Source: Eledone cirrhosa (lineage: Eukaryota). Taken from it: DNA of 64,000 nucleotides. Below the pieces are notes generated by a model. It was not told the DNA's origin. It ran no database searches and saw only the letters and a program-made list of their open reading frames with translations. Shown one piece after another: positions 1 through 14,314 of the stretch; positions within the stretch are counted from its first letter, which is position 1; each line of letters begins with the position of its first letter. Position numbers and translations under genes: made by a program. The stretch lies in the NCBI GenBank assembly GCA_964016885.1, contig OZ024742.1, forward strand, positions 333,436,001 through 333,500,000. The letters are read 5' to 3'.

Positions 1-412
1 TAAGCGATACATACATTTATATATCATTTCTAAAAACGAGTTCTGAAGTTTCATGAAATATCTCCAACCATTTTACTAGCAATCATTGTTTAATGTGTTT
101 AAATTGGCCCTACCAACAAATGTTATAATTATGACTTATCTGAAATAATGTAAATCGGACATTATTTTACAATGTGTTCATTTATTTATTCATGAGAAGA
201 TGAAGTAATAATTTGTTTAAATGTTGCTGTTATTTCTAGCATGTGGAGAATCCACATATAATACTTTTGTTGTTTCGTATATGAATGTGTATATTTATGT
301 ATGATTTTACTTGAAATATATTCCATTTCATTCTTTTTCCTAAAATTGAAGACTGTCACAACCAACTGACAATCAATATTGATTGAATCATGAATTTTCC
401 ATGAAATTTGTT

Positions 413-429
413 AAATGCATATATATATG

Positions 430-489
<60 letters not shown>

Positions 490-525
490 TATATGTATGT
501 ATATATATATGTATATACATTTATA
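413..525. repeat. (TA)n microsatellite with interruptions (first of dozens in the window)
   Basis: Direct reading; source of the YIYI ORFs. Confidence 0.95.
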
Positions 526-526
526 T

Positions 527-985
527 GTCAGGTCACCAGTTGGTGCTACTGGTAACATGTATCCCAGTATAACCTGTCTCATGGTCGGGTCGTTGGCGAC
601 TAAACTGGCAACCCCACCAAGGTTTCTTGGTGAGGAGGGTGACTTTGGACATCCTGCAGGACTAAAAACAAAACCTGTCAAAGCGCGAAGGAGCTCTTAA
701 GAGTCAATGGCCATCCAAAATCACCGGGAGAGATGACCCCTTAGCCTTTGTCAAGGCAGAATTCTAGGAGAAGGAAAACTCTGATATAACACCTGCAAAC
801 CTGATGGTATCCAATGATGTTGACTTCTTCTTTTTGGTAAATATCATCTTGGTTAAGAGAGTGGGACTGGTTTGTGCAGCGCCTTTGCTCACTATAAAAG
901 CTTCACGGCACAGGCATTGCTTTATATCTGGAGATCTCTCTGCACTTGTCATCACATGGTACCATGGGCCCAGCACTATGTGTCA
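527..985 (+). mobile_element. Probable RTE-clade LINE 5' UTR fragment
   Basis: Contains CTAGGAGAAGGAAAACTCTGA (about 765-785), which I recall from RTE-type 5' UTRs. A rearranged partial copy lies at 8890-9030. Confidence 0.4.
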
Positions 986-1147
986 ATAATTGTCACAAGT
1001 GTAGTGTTTGTACCAGAGTTTTCAAGTCGCTGGCTGTACTAAAAAGTCACACTTGTTCAGCGCATCGGTAGGAGTTCTCCAACATGGATATAAAGTAGTG
1101 GCCGTACTCGAAAACGAGTTGGCAGGCACCATATATATATGTATACA

Positions 1148-1511
<364 letters not shown>

Positions 1512-1884
1512 ATGTGTGGACATATGGGTGTGTCGATATATGTATATATATATATATATATGTGTGTATGTGTGGACATATGGGTGTGTCGATAAATGTA
1601 GCTGCTTTTCTTTGACATGCAAACAGATTTTGACCGATCAACAATAAGCCGAACATAAAATATATCGAGTTATCAATGCTGAAAAGATCTCTCAGCTTAG
1701 GTACTGGACAAAGGCAAAAACAGAATTGATTTTCTTCACTTCCTTTCTTTAAACTTTTTTTTTCTTTCCCTCCTTTCTCTGTATTTCTCGGTATAATACA
1801 TTCCACATTATTTCGTTCTTTCGCTTATTCTTTTCCTGTCTTGAATATATATATAAGTATATGTATATATATATATATATACAC

Positions 1885-1922
<38 letters not shown>

Positions 1923-2240
1923 GTGCCATACTTTCACACACACATATATATGCTTCTGCGTCTGTGTGTTTGAGAGTGTTATATGATACGCAATATTGTA
2001 TGTTATTGTTGGTGTTTCTGATTCTAGAGTCGACGTTGTTGCTTTTGTTGTGTTTTGTGTACAAGTTAATTGTTTTGGTATCATTTTACGTTTTTTTTTT
2101 GTGAAGTATTGTTCTTATTTTGTTTCTATGGATATATTCTTGTTTTATTTTGTCAGATGTGTTGATGTCTTGTTGATGGGATTCTTGTCTCACAGAGAGA
2201 GCCTCAGGTAATAACTCACCCGTGTTTTGTGTGTGTGTAG

Positions 2241-3130
<890 letters not shown>

Positions 3131-4074
3131 TAAATATCCATGTGCACGCGCACGAATACACACATAAACACACACTTTATCAGTCAATCTATCTCTCTCT
3201 CTCTCTTTATCTCTCTATCTCTATATCTCTCTCTCTCTATCTATTCATCTCACACATCGTGGTTATTCATATACTTCATGTTATCCTGTATTTAAACAGA
3301 AAGAAGAGTATCACAAATACTATGTACATATATCCATTCAAATACTTATATACATCACTATGACATACGGAAGAGTTAGTACGTGCGGATATTTTTTGCA
3401 TCTGTCTATATATACCTATACTCGCATGTATCTATGTATGTTTGTGTATATGTGTGTATGTAGGCAAGTATGTATGTACGTATGTATATATGTAATTAAG
3501 TATGTATATATATATATATATATTTATAGGTATATAAGTTTGTAATATTTGTATGCCAGTATATATGTATCAGTATTTATAACTATATATGCATATATGC
3601 ATTTTTGTCTCCATGTATGTAGCTGTATGTATGTATGTTTGTATGCATACGTATATCGGTGTATGGGTCTATGATTTTGTGTGAGCGTGCATGTCTTCTC
3701 TATGTGTAGTTTAAGAATCCTAATACTGTACCGTTGGTTACCGAATCAAAATATATACATAGAATCATAAATCACTCGCGATGACTCATAGTAATGTGTG
3801 TAAAATTCGAGGCGAAACGAAGGAATCTTTATTTTTTCTTTTGTGTGTGTGCTTACGTGCATACCAACGTACACATTCATTTCCACGCAATCCTATATAT
3901 GTATGCACATATTTATACATATTTACGCAGTCATGATTATCTCTATATACGGATATAAATCCATGATCAACTATATATATATATATGCGTGTGTGTTTGT
4001 GAATGTGTGTCAGTGTGTCTGTATGTATACACATACACTGACACACATTCACAAACACACACGCACACACACAC

Positions 4075-4123
<49 letters not shown>

Positions 4124-4285
4124 TACATATATACATATACACACATAATTACATATACATATGTACATATGGGTTATATCGAATTAATAATAATGTGAAT
4201 TCGCTTGAAAACTGCCCGATTTGAAGCTGTGCCGTGCCGGTGAATGTTCATCCCCTGCCTGTTCATCACTGGCTTTGAGGAACAA

Positions 4286-4323
4286 GCAACATGTTTCTGG
4301 GTCATTACCCTTCATCAGGACTG
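4286..4323 (-). ncRNA. Minimal hammerhead ribozyme motif (weak stem I)
   Basis: Minus strand: CTGATGA-a-gggt-aatg-accc-a-GAAA-catg-TT; stem III ACATGT is palindromic. Confidence 0.55.
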
Positions 4324-4625
4324 TATACCTCTGCCTGTCTGTTGAACGGTTGAAAATATATGGTATTTTCTTTAGTACACATCGTCTGAGTAGCCTCATT
4401 TGCATACTGAGGGAGTTACGGTTGGCCTTGCCGAATATTGAAAATGAAATTAGAAGTTTTTTCTCGCCCTAGCACAGCTGATACATAAATGTAAGTATGT
4501 ACACGCGCACACACACACATATATATGTGGGGGGAGGGGTTCGTGTGTGTTGTGTATGCGTGTGTGTGTTTGCGCGTGTATGCACCTCCTCAAAATCCTT
4601 AACATCTATAGCTTAATTTCCCCCT

Positions 4626-4656
4626 AGTGAGAAAACCTCACTGAAACACTAGTGTC
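4626..4656 (+). ncRNA. 3' half of a hammerhead motif (CTGANGA box missing)
   Basis: agtgag-aaaac-ctcact-GAAA-cactagtg-TC; palindromic stem III. Confidence 0.4.
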
Positions 4657-4799
4657 TGTCTTTCTCTCAAGATTACAGCTTAAAAACCAATAGCACAACT
4701 TATTATTATCGATTATACATAAGCATAATATAAAATCACCTGTTAGCTATATATACATACACTATATTTATGTTCATACGTATATAATTAGAACCATCA

Positions 4800-4855
<56 letters not shown>

Positions 4856-4859
4856 TATA

Positions 4860-4910
<51 letters not shown>

Positions 4911-6280
4911 GAGAGTGTATATGTGTGTGTGTGTGTGTGTGCGGCGAAAGGCTCCTGACGGAGCATCCTAGTGAAAAATGGTGTAAACTTCGAAATCTCT
5001 GTTCCAAAGAGAAGGTTTGGGGCATATTCTCTTTACTTATTCCAATAGGAATAAAAGTAAAAATAATAATTCTAAAAATAGTAATACTGTCAATCACTGT
5101 TAATGTTGCATTTAAGTTGTCTTGCTTTTATTGATCGTCTCATGCATTCTTTCAATGTAACCTTATTATTCCTTCTATTCATGTCTTCAGCAGAGGTCAT
5201 TGTTTTCGCTATGAGGCAGAGAGTTGTCCTAAAAGATCTTTACGCGACGACGCTTAGCTAAATTATACAAGCCATTTTCACATACATGAATGAATTTCCA
5301 TTGAAACCACCTAGGGGACGATTGGTAATTGGTGGGGCGAGCCATTAGAAATAAGTAATAAGAATAGGCAAAAAAAATGAAAGAAAGGCATTCTCCTAGT
5401 ATACACAAGATTTAAATCAATCAACAACTATATATATGTGAATATGTGTATGGAATTCTAACTGTGTATGGAGTTGTAGGGACGGCGATTCTTGGAAATT
5501 TAAAACCTGATGGAGCCAATTCCTCTCCATGTATCAACACAGCTGATTTCTTCCAGGGGAAGTGAGAATGAGATATATATGAAGATTTGTTCTCACGAAT
5601 GAACTGGTAATTTTGAAGACCTGGAAATGATGAAAGGAAAATTGGCCACGACAGGATATTGAGAGCCTAAACACGTAATGTAAACCATTGTATTCACCGC
5701 CTACTTCTAAACACACTCCCAATTTTGGAATCTCAACGTTAATCTCAATTTCAACTTCATAAAATTTAAGTTCGGCATCGCCAACTATAATTCAGTCATA
5801 ATTATTTACAACTTCGTCGTTATAGCATGATATTTGTGATCTTGTTTGTTTAAATATGAAGATCGAGGCATCCGCTTCGGGGCTACTTGCAGCAGATTTG
5901 TGAAAAAGGTAAATATTTTAAGGTTTTGTTAATGTTAACAATATGTTAAACATTATATGCATTTAAACATACATCACTGCAAAGACAAAAACTAATAACG
6001 TAAGCTTAATTTTCATTTAATATACGCATTTCAAATTCATTTATTTATCATGTATTTATTTATTATGTACGTTTTAATATTCTTCGATAAGCTAATTTAG
6101 CCCAATTTTAGTCAAATGCAAATCGAAATGGGACCGATTACGGCTATATGAATGTAGATGCATTTGGGGGTATATTTATAAATGCATGTGTTTACCGAAG
6201 CCGATTGAGCCACATATTTTAGTTTCAAGTTGAGTATAACACAAATCAACGTTGATAATAACGATTTTAGCAGGAGAGGT

Positions 6281-6310
<30 letters not shown>

Positions 6311-6315
<5 letters not shown>

Positions 6316-6665
6316 CATGACCAAAAACGTGGTATACAGGTGCAAGGTCACAATCCCTAACTCGGAGCACCACTACATAGGATCCACAGCGACGAGCTTC
6401 AAAGAACTGACCATCGTAATTCCTTTAACAGAATAGATAAGAGGAAATGTACAGCCCTTTCTGATCTGATCTGGAAGCTCAAACTTGAAAAGACCCCGCA
6501 CTCACTGGTCTGGTCCGTGGTTAGAAAGGTTGCCCCAGACAGAGGCGGGTCTGGTATTTGCAACCTCTGTCATAGTGAGACACTCGAGATTCTTCATGGC
6601 GGAACCAAGCTATTAAACAGAAGGGCCCGACTTATTCGGTGCCTGCAGACACCTAAGGACGGGAA
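6311..6665 (+). pseudogene. Penelope-like GIY-YIG endonuclease remnant, frameshifted (Naiad-like C-terminus)
   Basis: Joined frames give CMTKNVVYRCKVT..HHYIGSTATSFKE / HRNSFN..TALSDLIWKLK..WSVVRK..CNLCHSE..LLNRR / FGACRHLR. Confidence 0.85.
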
Positions 6666-7001
6666 ATTTCATCAAGCTATATGGATAAACCCCGGTTACG
6701 GCCTCCCACTAGACCCCCCCCCCTCGGTAGGTCCCCTACACCCCGTACCAATGACCATTGGACAACAACAACCACCCATGGTTTGCGGTCCTTATAGTGG
6801 ATGGTCCACCGGATCCTCAACTGGTTGGGAGTCATCTAAACAATGTTTTATTGAACCTGATTTTATATATATATATATATGTATATATGTATCATGTGTA
6901 TATATATGTGTATTTTATGTGTGTATATATGCGTATCTTTTATATATGTGTGCGTATATGTATGTATAAATTTTATATATATATATGTGTATGTGTGTGT
7001 G

Positions 7002-7043
<42 letters not shown>

Positions 7044-7816
7044 CTTACGTGTGTATATATTTTGTGTGTGTGCCTATGTATATATCTTTTTTTTTGTATA
7101 TATTTCATATATGTGCATGTTCTGTGTATATATATATTTTATATATATGTTATATATATTTATATGTGTATACTTGTGCGTACATGCATGCATGCATATG
7201 TATATATGCACACCTGTATGGATTTGTGTGTGTAGATCTGTGAGTGTTTGAGGGGGTAGGTGCGAGTGTATGTACAAGTGAACCAGCATAAACCCTTTAT
7301 TTCTAAATTTTCTAAACTATCTAAGTATTGGACTCTAACCATTATATTAAGTATTACCACCCCACTTTTTGTTTGTGTAGAAGTGTGTATGTGTCTGTGG
7401 AGGTGTGTGTGAGTGTAGTGCAAGCCAACCTACATAAGCCTTTTTATTTGTAAACTTTCTACTCCAACCATAAATCTCAGTAGCACCACTTCACATAAAT
7501 TCCTCAATTCAAGAATGACCTGTAGTATCTATTTCATACTATTATCCTTATTTTAAAATATAACTGACCAAGAATGCCTTTTGTGAAAATCAGTCATGTG
7601 GAACTATTGTCATCTTGCCTGATGGTTTGAACCCTACAGAACCACCTGCCTCTTTGAGGTCAAATACCAACCTACTAACATCTACAAACTGACCAATGAG
7701 AATCAAGACTATTCCTGCTGACAACATCAAAATTTTCCTAACAAGCTCATATGTCCCAAGGCTCTGATACCATCAACACTATACACACAGAGCTGGCATA
7801 ACTAAGAATTGACTAA

Positions 7817-7870
7817 CTCCCTCATGAGGACATAGCCATTCAATGGCTATCATCGAAATATATATAGCAG
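7817..7870 (+). ncRNA. Degenerate hammerhead (CTCATGA core)
   Basis: ctcc-CTCATGA-ggac-atagccatt-c-aatggctat-catc-GAAA-tatata-TA-gcag; same layout as the intact motif at 27436-27490. Confidence 0.6.
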
Positions 7871-8004
7871 AAAATAAAGGATTATGAGTTCATGCAATTG
7901 ACTTATGTTTCGTCACTATATATATATATATATATAGTGACGAAACATTAGTCAGTTGAATCGGAGGTAACCACAGTAAGTAAGGTACTCAATACATTGC
8001 ATAG

Positions 8005-8092
8005 TATAAAAGTTTTAATATATTCCTGATGATTTCTAAAGAATGAAACAGTTCTAGTCCTGTAGAATCTCATCTATATTAAAACTTTTATA
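8005..8092 (+). ncRNA. Type I hammerhead ribozyme with extended stem I
   Basis: attc-CTGATGA(8026-8032)-t-ttc-taaa-gaa-t-GAAA-cag-ttctagtc-ctg-TA-gaat. Distal 18-bp stem tataaaagttttaatata/tatattaaaacttttata. Partial second copy at 56807-56845. Confidence 0.8.
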
Positions 8093-8156
<64 letters not shown>

Positions 8157-8160
<4 letters not shown>

Positions 8161-8552
8161 TAAACGGAATAGAAAATGCTGACAAAATGTTCACATTGAA
8201 AAATAGTTTAATTAGGAATAAGTGAGAATTAGTAATAGTATTGGTTAGTATTCAGTTTTGGTTTTAAGTTTTACCGGTTGCGCATTTCTAATGCTTTTCA
8301 AAAATAATTTTGAGATAGAGCGTTCGTGATGTTTGCTCCGATCTCAAAATTTGCTCTCTCTCAAAATTATTTTTGAAAAGCATTAGAAATGCGAAACCGG
8401 TAAAACTTAAAACCAAAACTGAATACTAACCAATACTATTACTAATTCTCACTTATTCTTAATTAAACTATTTTTCACCGTGAACAATTTGTCAGCATTT
8501 TCTATTCCGTTTACCAATATATCATAACTTGTGTGTTACACCTCTATTCTTT
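8157..8552. mobile_element. Fold-back palindromic element (arms about 165 bp, spacer about 30 bp) in (TA)n
   Basis: 8157-8322 is the reverse complement of about 8353-8520 with few mismatches; short unpaired tail to 8552. Single-arm copy at about 37690-37868. Confidence 0.85.
8370..8405 (+). ncRNA. Minimal hammerhead, U3-A8 core variant
   Basis: ttt-TTGAAAA-gcatt-aga-aatgc-GAAA-ccgg-TA-aaa. The mirror copy at 8269-8304 and the 37.7 kb copy have GCAA in place of GAAA. Confidence 0.6.
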
Positions 8553-9223
8553 TATATATATATATATATGATGGCTCCAGACTTTGCTAAGACTATTGCA
8601 GCCGCTTGTCAGATTATAGAGTTTGGTGCACTTTCAGGCTAACGCCAGCCACACATTTCTAACATTTCCTGAACAAGCAATGCCTGTGCTTTGAAGGTTT
8701 TTAAGTGGGGAATGGACTTGCACTCGACCAATACCACTCTCTGATCATCGAAATCACTACACAAAAATTAGAACTAGTCAACATCATCGGATACTTAAGG
8801 AGCCACAGTTCTTTTTTTTTCAGAAAGGTTTTGTGACAACAACTGGGGGGTTTTCACTCTCAGGTGAAAAAAAAAAACAAAAAAACTACTATTTGGATGG
8901 CCGTTGACTCTGCTGAGCTTCTCCGCCCTTTGTAAGATCGCTCTCGAGTGCTGCTGGTAACATGTCCAGTATAACCCGTCTCCTGGTCGCTAGCTTGGTG
9001 AGGAGGAGGATATTTGGGCACCCTGCGGGATGAAATATATATGTATATATATGAAATATATATATATATATGAAATATATATATATATATGAAATATATA
9101 TATATATATATGAAATATATATATATATATATATGAAATATATATATATATATATGAAATATATATATATATACATATATTTCAAAGAAATATCTATCGA
9201 TGTATAAATATATATATATATAT

Positions 9224-9789
9224 CGTTTCTGAATTTCTTTAGCAAGATTCTTTATCTGAAAACGTGTGTTGAAACCGATATTGTTATACTTTGGGAGGGT
9301 CATGTTGCCAATAAGAAACACACGCACCAACTGCAATCACTTCAATTTATTATAATAAATTTATAAATTTAGGAATTTATAAATTTCCGGTTGGTTGGTT
9401 CGTTCCACAACCAGATGCTTGTTTATATATTGTCAAAGTTCTTTCGTCTCACATTGTGTGACCTCTTCAGTGACTGGGGATTCTTTTCTTTGTTTTTGTG
9501 CCTCTCCTTTGTTCTGTCTTACGCCAACTTGAAACAAGATGGCGTAGGACAGAACAAAGGAGAGGCACAAAAACACAAAGAAAAGAATCCCAAGTCACTG
9601 AAGAGGTCACAGAATGTGTGACGAAAGAACTTTGACAATATATAAACAATCATCTGGTTGTGGAACGAACCAACCAACCGGAAATTTATAAATTCCTAAA
9701 TTTATAAATTTATTATAATAAATTGAAGTGAAAGCACTTGTGCGTGTGTTTCTTATTGGCATCATGACCCTCCCAAAGTATAACAATAT
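9224..9789. mobile_element. Fold-back palindromic element (arms about 255 bp, axis near 9533) in (TA)n
   Basis: 9278-9531 is the reverse complement of 9535-9789. Unpaired tail 9224-9277 matches 36021-36077 in reverse. Confidence 0.9.
9594..9636 (+). ncRNA. Minimal hammerhead motif (mirror copy at 9432-9474, minus)
   Basis: gtca-CTGAAGA-g-gtcac-agaatgt-gtgac-GAAA-gaac-TT-tgac. Confidence 0.7.
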
Positions 9790-10696
9790 ATATATATATA
9801 TATATATATCGATAGATATTTCTTTTTATTTCAGATAAGTGTCCTTTATCCGAAATATGATTATTCAAGATGAATATCTAAGTTTCATATTAAAACAAAA
9901 AAGATCACATGTATGTTACTATAACGACGAAGTTAAAATTAATGATAACAGAAGTAAAGTTGGCGATGACGAAGTTAAATCTAATGAAGTTGAAATTGAG
10001 ATTGACGTTGATGTTGTAGGGGCAGAGTAGGGAAATACATCGCGCCCTGGGTATTTAAAGCTGGCGGAGCCCACCATTTCGAAGTCCGATGACAGCCAGT
10101 TTCTTCCAGAGAGGGAGAGATTGGGTGGCAGTGAAAAGGGGTTATACAGGATCAATTGAGCCTACAATTTGACAGGTATTTTATTATGGGATCAGTAGGA
10201 GGCAGTCGCTTCTGAAAGTACCCACTCGAAGGAGTGTCAGAAGACCCTGTTCTCACGACCCTCTTAGTAATACGCGGGCAAGAAGAACATACAGACAATA
10301 TCGAATGGATGAAGGCAAATTTGCTCTTGGCGGGATTAGAACACAGAATTAGTGATCCTTAAAGAATACCGAAGCATTCTACCAGCATTCTAAGTACTAT
10401 GACGATACGTGTCGTTTTTAGCTGTTTACAGTGCACACATGTATGCATTTAATTACGTTCACTGTTGTTTTATTAATAGGTGTTCCACTCCCAGTATGAG
10501 CAAGTGAAATAATGTCTTGCTTAAGAACAAGTTCCCATCCGGTCAAGTAATCAATCCACGATCGTATGCTCATTATCCAACACACACCGCACAAGGCAGC
10601 ATAACATCCCATTCTATATAAACGAATATATAAACACGCTCATACTTACAAACGCATATATATATATATATATATAAACACGCACATACTCACAGA

Positions 10697-10779
<83 letters not shown>

Positions 10780-10840
10780 GAAAATTATAGAAATTGTTAT
10801 ATATATATATATATATAAACACGCACATACTCACAAACGC

Positions 10841-11370
<530 letters not shown>

Positions 11371-12027
11371 TCTCTTGCTCCCACCTACGGATATTGCCAC
11401 ACACGCACACGTCTGTCATGAGAGCAATAATTATCTTGCTAAGATTAGTTATCTCAAAATCTATGCCATTATGATATTTAACTTTTGTACGCACACACAT
11501 ATATATATGCATACATTACACGCACACACACACACAGATATATATATAAGCATCGTCTGTTATGGTGTTATCTAAAGAAGATATTTTTTCTCAAAACACA
11601 AAGTCTAAAGAGTATATATATATTACTTTATTTCTATGTTTCGGTTGTTTGCTAATCTTTTGTGTCTCCTCTCCACATTTCGTCACACACACATACACAC
11701 ACACACACATATATATACATATAAGACACATACAAGACACAAACGCACCTCAATCTAAAATAATAAATACCTCTAGAGAGATACTACATGACACAGTGGA
11801 ACATAAATCATTTTCAAAACAGAATGATTAATACAATATAAATTGACACACTCACTCTAATAATTCGTACATAAATACAAACATACATATGTACGTACAC
11901 ACACATACATGTATACACGCACACTCAGAAACACACAAACACATACAAATATATATATAACATATGGCAATATATATATATACATATATCTATATATATA
12001 CACACATACATATATATATATATATTT

Positions 12028-12640
12028 ATTAAAATAACAGATTAAAGTTTAAGCAAATAATCGCTGCTTTCACCCTTAACGGGATCTTCTGAAACTAACA
12101 AAGTCAATCTGTAAACGCAGAAGTGGATATTTCAAAAAACGTTGCAACCGGAGGAAGACAGGAAGACGATATTTTGGTTCGTGGGAACGTTCGCTGGCAA
12201 AGAACGGAAAAAAACGAATATAATACGTCATTAATAGGAGCGGTGAAAAACAATTACGCGCAAAGACAGAACCACGTTAATGGTATAAAAGAGGTCGTAG
12301 ACTAATGTTCTCTCAGGTGGTTCATAGAGACGTTCTCTGGCAATGAACGAAAAAAACGAAGATAATACGTCATAAGTGGAGCGTGGAGAACAATAGCACG
12401 CAAAGACAAAACCACGTAAATGGTATAGCAGAAGTCGTAGACTAAAATTCTAACTAGGAGACCGAATGAATCTCTGCTACAAAGTTAAGAACAAAGTAAA
12501 TAAATACAATACAGAAGTAATAGAAATAAATAAATACATACACGCAAACAAATAAGTACATACACATGCATACGCAAAACACTACCATAGGTATCCAAAA
12601 CCACGCACATATAAATATGTGTGTGTGTGTATGCGTGTAT
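12028..12640 (-). mobile_element. Non-coding interspersed element, CAGAAGA-hammerhead family (other copies 22211-22405, 40028-40802, 43254-43505)
   Basis: All copies share the terminus taaaataacagattaaagtttaagcaaa beside AT/(TA)n sequence; internal tandem duplication of about 140 bp. Confidence 0.8.
12046..12096 (-). ncRNA. Hammerhead motif with A at core position 4
   Basis: Minus strand: agttt-CAGAAGA-t-ccc-gttaa-ggg-t-GAAA-gca-gcgattatt-tgc-TT-aaact. Confidence 0.6.
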
Positions 12641-12699
12641 ACAAATAAATAAATAAATATATATATATATATATATATGTGTGTGTTAATGTGTTAATA

Positions 12700-13755
12700 G
12701 GAAATTAGCATTGTTATCGTGCCCAAGAGCATAAGAAGTCGATAAAACCGGATTGGCCCGATCAACACTCAATGCAAAATTGATAGAATATGTAGTTTCA
12801 TATAGCCAATTATTATTTTTGTTTTAAAAGACTTTTGTACCGGCGGCATAGAGAACTAGTAGAAATGGAACTGAGAATACCAGCAAAGAAAACCTGAGAA
12901 AATATATTTAACTCGAAGATCGGACGATTTAGATCATTAAGCAGAATGAAGCTAAGGATTAAATTAACCAGGATTAATAGGACATACCTCTTTAGGAAAA
13001 CGCCCAGTAGGGATAGAAAATGTTTCGTATGTAAAATAGTCCCGCAGATAAACTGCAAAACTAGAAATGTTGACCATATGATAATGTGTACAAAGGGACG
13101 TTGCAGAAACAAGACTACAATACACATAGGAGAGACAGGATGTCGCAGAATAGAGAGAATAAAGGGAAACTGAAGAAAACTTAACGAGAAGATCTCATAG
13201 GTGCAATACTAACACGCCAAGCTGGAACACGGGGTCGCAATAGATAACAGATTCTATCCCCACATAACAATAATCAGACGAGTTACGAAAGCTACACCGT
13301 AATAAAATATAGAGAGAGCTTAAACAGAATAATAACAGCCTCCAACCAAACAACTAAACATAGAATAGGTATAACAAATAAAACGCAACACTGAAATATA
13401 CAAGCCCCCTACACACACACACGCACACACGCACACACACATAAAACGAACATAGGCATGAAAAACACAAATATACACAGATACAGGCAATGCGTAGACG
13501 CAAATGCCTGCGCAGTCCCGAATCGTGAATAACGCTCCACAACCCAAATGAGACGATGTAGTAGCACATACTATTCAGAGAGTAGAGGTAAAAACAATAT
13601 AGAACAGATAGTTATTGAGGTTAAATAATGTGTGACGAAAGAACTTGGATTTATTGACCCATAAACAGTAATAAGGGAAAAGTGAAAATCAAGTGATGCG
13701 TGTGTTTCTTTTTATAGGCAAAACTGGCAACATGACAAACCCAAACATAACAATG
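12700..13755 (+). mobile_element. Degenerate Penelope-like element 3' part (GIY-YIG remnant about 13010-13330 plus tail)
   Basis: CFVCKIVPQINCKTRNVDHMIMCTKGRC..IHIGETGCRRIERIK. Tail 13620-13755 (aatgtgtgacgaaagaact...tgcgtgtgtttctt...tggcaacatgac) is homologous to the 9.2 kb and 35.6 kb palindromes. Confidence 0.75.
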
Positions 13756-14314
13756 TACATGCATACATATATATTATGCCTATATATATATATCTTATAT
13801 ATATATTATATTTTATAATATTATCATAGAATATAAAAGAAAAACGAAACAGACATATAGATATATGTGTTAAAATCGTAAGGGACCTGATTCGCTAAGG
13901 TGAAAAGAATACTAACTATAGACAATTAGGTTCGCTTGTCTCAATTTTTAAAAAAATTAAGAAAATAAATACAAACCGGAATTGTGGTAACTACCAATCA
14001 CCCAGACAACTTGTTGTTGTTTAGCAAAGTTAATTGTGAATAGAAATACCAATCCAAGCTCATCAGTAGGTGATGAATTAGTATCCAAGACGCATCTAAT
14101 TATGCTATATATAAAATATATAAAATAGCACACATGGCATCCTAGCGTGTCTCACAAACTCACACCACTAAAAATAGCAGCCAGGTTTACTCGACATTTG
14201 AAATAGCTCAACAAATTAACGGAGTCGAATATATCAAAGGTATATATTGAGGTATTTGTTTTCTTAATTTTTTCTTAAATTGAGACAAGCGAACACAATC
14301 ACATAGATGTACTA

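Larger units (their letters stand above)
6311..7916 (+). mobile_element. 5'-truncated Penelope-like element: endonuclease, long 3' region and hammerhead-bearing tail, between (TA)n tracts
   Basis: GIY-YIG remnant begins right after (TA)n; degenerate hammerhead at 7817-7870; ends at (TA)n at 7917. Continuity of the middle part is inferred. Confidence 0.6.
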
